Translations under genes and position numbers: made by a program
Assembly: GCF_006345805.1 (NCBI RefSeq)
Contig: NW_021833076.1
Coordinates: 1-64,000, forward strand
Reading direction: 5' to 3'
Length of the DNA stretch: 64,000 bases
Source: Octopus sinensis
Lineage: Eukaryota
Notes under the pieces: generated by a model
Seen by the model: the letters and a program-made list of their open reading frames with translations, nothing else
The model's database searches: none
Told to the model about the DNA's origin: nothing
Part shown: positions 57,040-64,000 of the stretch, in pieces
Layout of the letters: each line of letters opens with the position of its first letter
Numbering within the stretch: position 1 is the stretch's first letter

Positions 57040-59307
57040 TTAATTCAACAATGATTTATCAAATCCTTTTTCTGATTTTTCAAAATCATATTCGAGACGC
57101 AATTTTCTCAATTCGTCAGCAGCCCTTTCTCTAACAAAGATTAATAAAAATTCCCACTTTTGCAATTTCTCGTCCAGAAAACGCGTCCTAAGTTGCCTTA
57201 AATCCGATTCGATGCCAGTGCAGGAAGCCTGTGTGAGTTTCAAATCTCTCTGAAGTAGTCCGCTTTGACCCGGTAATCACAAAAAATACTTTTCCTTTTG
57301 CAAAGAGGCCACTTTCTCTTCGAGGGTATCAATTTTTGACTGTTTTTTGTCGATTGTCAATTCTTGCTGTGTTCGCGTGTGTCTGACTGCCTGCAGTGTG
57401 TCGTCGAGGAATTGACATTTCTGTCTCCCCTCCTCGATCTGCCTTTTCAGGTCATTCATCTCCCTGGCCTGTTGGTCGACCTCCTCCTCCAACTATAAAT
57501 GTCATTCACAGTCCTCCCTTCTGTGTGCTGTCCTCCTGCTCGGCCAGTCGACTCCGCAACTCCTCATTTCCCTGTTTTAGTTCGAGTTGCATGTTGCTGT
57601 CCGTCCTGGCCTTGTCTTCGGCCAGTTTATTTCTCGTCTCCCACATCATTACTTGATTCTCCAAAGTCCCCACTGTGTAATTCAGTCGATACAATTCTCT
57701 TTCCAAATCTCGCTTTTCTTCAAAAAACTACGTCTTTGTGGCAACCAGAAGTACTTCCCGATTTTCCCGTTCTAATGCTGCAATCTCCTTGCCCAATTTC
57801 TCGGAATTTTGCACCTGTCTTTTGATTTCTGCCATTTCGGCGTCCTGTCTGGTCTTTTCGGAAAGTGCAGCAGCCTCCGACTGTTTTATTACCCTCGCCA
57901 ATTCTCTGTTTTGGTGAAGAGCCTCACTCAAGTCGTGCTCCTGAATACTCTCGTCACCAGACTGACCAGTTCGAGATTCTGCTGGGATGTCCTCTCCTGG
58001 TATTCCTCAGTTTCAAACGCTTTGATGGAGTTTCTCAGATTGTCGCAGTCGCTTTCCAGTTGACTGAGTGTGTTTGATTGCTTGGCCAATTCTTGTTGTT
58101 TGTTGTCCAACTCGTTTTTGAGAGCCAGCACGTGACTGTCACTCATAAACAAACTCTTTTCGAGTTCTTTGATGGCGAGGTCACTTTTATTATGAAATAT
58201 TTGTACCTCCTTTCGCGTGTGTCTTTGAGCATATTCCGAGCCTCCTCCAACTCTTTTCGAATTTCCTCGTTCTGTTCGTCGTTGTGCTGTGTGGAGAACA
58301 GTAATTGTTTATTCTCTTGTTCCGTGTGTCTCAGGTCTGCAATCGTCCTCCGAATCTGCATATTTGTAGAGATATACATTTGTCATTTGTTCTTCCATGT
58401 CTGCCACTTTTATGCGCAGTTCGTCTCTTTCGGCTTTCACATTTTCGTGGACACTTTGAGATCTTCCTCTTGTCGGCTTGATCACCTCCATTGCTCTCAG
58501 AAGGTCGGCGATCTCTGTTCTGTAGTGTGCACACTCGTCTTCCACATCCCGGAGGTGGTCTTCCATCAAAAAACTTATTTCGCGTCTACATGTTCGTTTG
58601 GTCTTCAAATCGTGCATTTCGTTCAGGATTTGTTTGTCTAAGTTTGTGAACTGACTACGAACTGGTCGAAAGTTGTCTCTCTAATCGAGAGGATAGTTGG
58701 TCCTTGGATTTGTGGACGTTTTTTAACAATTTTTCCAGTTCAGTGCTCCTCTCTTGTTCCCTCACTAACGCCTGTTCGGCCAGTCCGCGTTTTCTTTCAA
58801 GAACCACGTTATCCTTGATGGTGACATTACGCAATACTTTTATATAGGAGTCGATTCGTTTGTCTGTTTGCCGTATTTTGTCTTCATCTTCAGTCAGACG
58901 AGTCTAAAAGTGATCTCTCGAACACCCACTGATTGGAGTAATCTTATTTGTTGGGAATAGGAAGTGTTTTGGTCCTCTAAATATGTGTTCTTGTTAAGCA
59001 GGACTTGGATCCGAGCCCTCAGACGGTCAATTTCGATTCGGTTATCTCTTCTCTCTGTTTGAACATGTTCTTGATTGGAGTGATGATGCCTCCTATTTGT
59101 GCGCATATTCAAATATACGGCTGATTGAATATTATTTAAGTCATTGCTGGGGTTACTACTAGTTACGAGCCTGGATACATAAACATATCTTTTAAGTCAT
59201 TATGTCCGTCGATTCCCCATAAATCGATTTGAAATAAAGATGGTGGAAATGACCCTTTTTGAGTATTGTCTGGCTATATTGAGGGGACAAAACAAAATGG
59301 AAGGCAT
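57040..59307 (-). CDS. Long coiled-coil protein, CEP135/TSGA10-like; start approximate
   Basis: Continuous heptad-rich exons. EDHLRDVEDECAHYRTEI and VKAERDELRIKVADMEEQM resemble CEP135 segments. Confidence 0.5.
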
Positions 59308-59403
59308 TTTGGAAAATAAAAATCCATTTATATAAAACAAAAAATCAGATCATAATTGTAATAAAATAATATTAGCACGTGAGTCGAGTGGCAACAGGCC
59401 GAC

Positions 59404-60899
<1,496 letters not shown>

Positions 60900-60949
60900 G
60901 AAATTAAATACTAAAAATTTATATTTAACCTTTGTTAATCTACGTTAGT

Positions 60950-62400
60950 GAATTTGCGTTCTATCCATCCTTCATTCCTGAAATTTATTGATCAGGAATG
61001 GTTCTATGCACGTAGAGTATTGAAAGGTCTCCAATTCTAATTGAAATCGTTCGAGAACTTTCAGCATTGCCGTAGCAGTTTTCTTTCTGCTGATTATATG
61101 ATTTTTAAAAGATCAAAATGCATCCACAACTATTCCGAGATATTTTAGATTTTTCTCGTATTTTATTATTCCACTGTCAATACAAGTTTCCTTTTGGAGC
61201 ATTTGCCAATTTCATTGCCATATAAAAATTGAAATGATTTCAATCAATGTTGTTGATATTATAACCAATAAATATATCAAAGATTCCTTCATCTCAGGTA
61301 AACATTTTCCATTTCGATTAGATTTGACCCATCCATATTTACTATGTTTGGCATTGCAGTCTCAATTGGGTTTTCATTTTCTTCCATAAAATTTTTAACG
61401 ATCCGCGAATAGTCCTTCAACCTTCTATACCTCCAATGGTCCATCCAATAGAAGTTTTCTAATCAATGGATACTAATTCACATAAGTTTTGTTTAATGAT
61501 TCTTGGATTCCGAACTTGATGTTCCTGATTGATATTCCCGTGCCAGTGTTAGTACCAGGAATATCAATTGAGTTGTATCCAGGAATAACGATACTTCCAG
61601 ACTTTTTCATTTTCGTCTCATTAATGATAAGCTAAGAAGAGCTATCAGCTCTGGTGCCCGTTTTCGAAGGGAGCGGGCATTAACCAGGGTAATCCTGGTT
61701 ATATTTGATCTATTTAGCGGCTGTCCCCCTCTTTTTGGAGAGACACCAAACCAAGTAAAAGCTTGGCATCTTGTTTGTTCTGGCCACGTCCTTAATAGAT
61801 CTTTTGAGATCACTGAATATATCAGATCAAAGTCGACCTGACTGAGGTCCAGTTCCCGGAGATGACAATGTCTGAACAGTTGATGAGGCATTGTCGTTCC
61901 CTCCTTCTGAACTCCAAATCCAGTAGTTTTTTTATCTGCTGGAATATTCCAACCTCCCCATGGCTTCAAAGATGATTTTGTTTATCAATTTGATTGATTT
62001 TGGCATTTTCAAATGCAGCTTTCAGCAGTTTTAGTGCCAATAATTTAGCTTTGTTGGTTCTTTTGCCATCTGACAGCCCAGATAATTAGCCAAATGGCTT
62101 AGAGAACCGCAGTTAAAACATTTTTTATGTTTGAGACTTTGCAATCTGTTCCAACATGTACGCCAGAGCAAAATAGACATTTCTCCTGATTTTTTCAGGA
62201 ACGTACTATGTGGCCAAACTGTAACACTCAACCTTTAAATTCAAAAAGTCGATTTTTAGCCCCAATCGTACAATCGATTGAGCTTCTTCACCATTCGGAC
62301 GTCCGCAATGTGGAGGAACTTGCCATTTAAACGGATTTCATATTGCCTTGAAAATCTTTATTGATCCCATTGAGGAATTATTGACTTAGAGCACAGCAGT
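60950..62400 (-). mobile_element. Internally deleted I/Jockey-group LINE; ends approximate
   Basis: Gag-like knuckle CFNCGSLSH, APE start ITLVNARSLRKRAPEL, and RT thumb KYLGIVVD...FKNHI...YSTCIEP. Confidence 0.75.
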
Positions 62401-62469
62401 AGTCATGATCTATTTCAGACAATGTTGACCTGACTAAGTGAACTCGGCTAAGTTGACACAAATCTCCGC

Positions 62470-63459
62470 ATGGAAAGATTAGGTTTGTTTAAATTGTTCT
62501 TGGATAATAATTAATTATCAAATAAAATACATAAATCATTAGGAGTTGTGTGGTTGTGTCAAAGATGGAAGATAAAGGTGAGAATGTGAATTGGATGTAC
62601 GACAACAAGATAAATAGAGAAGATTTCCTACTAGGAAAGAGAATTACAAATGAAGATGTAACGAATTTGGGTATCATTCGAGTGTGATCACAAATAGCTG
62701 AGGAGAGCAAAAAACACCTCAAAATGAAGGCATACATGGACATGCAGGCCAAAATGCGGGAGGATCCTCTCTACATAGTCCGGTAGTCAGTCCACTCATC
62801 ACTCGCAGGAAAAAGGAATTAGAGGCGAGGTTCAAAATCATCAACAATCCCATCAAAATGAAAAGACTGCGCCAACAAGTAGTGCTCCCCCTTCATTGTA
62901 GGTCGAAAGAGAGTCCACCACTGACGATATGCTCCTCACCAGGTGGACAGTCCAACTCATCTGCAGGTACTTCAAAGAAATCGTGGGGCAAGAAGGACAG
63001 GAGCAGGGAGGCGAGGAACCCGAAACACCAAAAAAGCGTGAAGGGCACAAGAGGAGTTCACGTCACCACGAGGAAAGGCATTCTCGGTCTAGACGTGACT
63101 ATGCGAGAAGTGGGAGAAGAGGGGACAGCAGAGAAGAGAGGAGTGGGCGAAGAGGAGGCAGTAGAGAAGAGAGGAGAAGAGGGGAGAGTAGAGACGAGAG
63201 GGAGGAGAGGATGGCCAGAAGGAGGGAAGAAATGTCGAGGGATGCTCAGTTGCATGCTCAGCAAAGACTCAGTCGACTGACTGCGTATGAGAATAAAGTG
63301 AAGGAGGAGGAGACGGCGACTAAAAACATGTCTGCTGAGGGAACAGCATCCTCGCTGTACATTGGAGGTCTGGTCAACAAACATTCAGAGGAAACTAATT
63401 TGGAGTCGGAGGTGAGTCGAAGAAGGTACACGAATAAAGGAGTGGACAGAGATGACTGA
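62470..63459 (+). CDS. CWC25: Step-I splicing factor CWC25; conserved N-terminal segment not found; start uncertain (62470 or 62565)
   Basis: VNWMY...REDFLLGKRI, DMQAKMREDPLYIVR and IINNPIKMKRL, followed by an R/E/S-rich tract and NLESEVSRRRY. Confidence 0.85.
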
Positions 63460-63496
63460 CTGTTATAATAAATTGGCATTTCAATTAGTATATATA

Positions 63497-64000
63497 TTAA
63501 TCAAACGGACTGTCGACCGGCTGGCGATACTTTGGATTAAAAAAGTTCCAAATAACAATGGTGTCGTCGTGCGAACACGTCATGATCTGGAATTTGTCGA
63601 ACATTAGTCTGAACACTCGCCCAGTGTGTTCCTGTCGGGTGGCACAACACGACTAACTTGTTTAGTGGCAATGCAGTGCTGACGGCTGTTCCACTCGGAG
63701 GACATGACGGAACGATAGTCCCATATCTTGATCTTACTAGGCAGTAGACAGAGAGTGCCAACGCATCGTAGGAGCCACTGACAATGTAGTCGTCACTGAA
63801 GCGAATGCATCTCACCAAGTCATCATGTCCAGACAACACACGCAGACATATTCCCTCGAAAATGTCCCACAGTCTGATCGTCTTGTCCGAACTCCCACTG
63901 GCCACAATGTTCCCCCGCTGGTGAAGACATGCAATGCCCCGTCTGTGCCCCATCAATGTGTTCCTGACTGTCAACGTCTCCCTCGACCAAACCTGCACGT
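63497..64000 (-). CDS. BTRC: beta-TrCP (FBXW1/FBXW11), 3' part; runs off the window
   Basis: GHRRGIACL...[12 protein letters not shown]...[17 protein letters not shown]...SGSYD and [20 protein letters not shown]. Confidence 0.92.

Noticed and set aside
60940-61040. Plus-strand peptide NLRSIHPSFLKFIDQEW resembling the missing CWC25 N-terminus (NLKKSWHP...VW)
   Set aside because: It has no start codon, lacks the invariant W and N, and stops soon after. The opposite strand reads as the RT thumb of the LINE (KYLG...YSTCIEP), so the match is likely coincidental.

Overview
Eukaryotic, almost certainly animal, genomic DNA from a highly compacted genome. Compact clusters of housekeeping genes with roughly balanced GC alternate with very AT-rich spacers and transposon remnants. 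Genes recognised by manual translation and splicing: CAF1/CNOT7-8 (5'-partial), MUS81, a class-2 DYRK, GATC, PDSS1, PGS1, IMPA, a Myt1/Wee1-family kinase, FNTB, kinesin-5, an SRF-type MADS box, PUS1, two intronless atypical Ras-like paralogues, VPS13A/C, a perilipin-like gene, a methyltransferase-like gene, PITHD1, a CEP135-like coiled-coil gene, p70 S6K, CWC25 and beta-TrCP (partial). Most introns are GT-AG mini-introns of 21-32 nt. This suggests a dicyemid or a similarly reduced parasitic metazoan such as a myxozoan or orthonectid (inference, not verified). Mobile DNA includes hAT/Buster, a DUF659-type hAT, a pogo/Tigger element, an intron-bearing Ginger-like integrase, a non-autonomous Helitron carrying a ~95-bp satellite, and CRE, R4-like, RTE-like and I/Jockey-group LINE fragments. 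The most striking unexplained signal is compositional: the short and medium gene islands I checked run from C/A-rich on the left to G/T-rich on the right of the + strand whichever way the gene points, and the introns show the same flip. Scattered 1-nt frameshifts in homopolymers suggest an error-prone long-read assembly, so single-base claims need confirmation. Coordinates were counted by hand, and gene ends marked approximate may be off by tens of bases.
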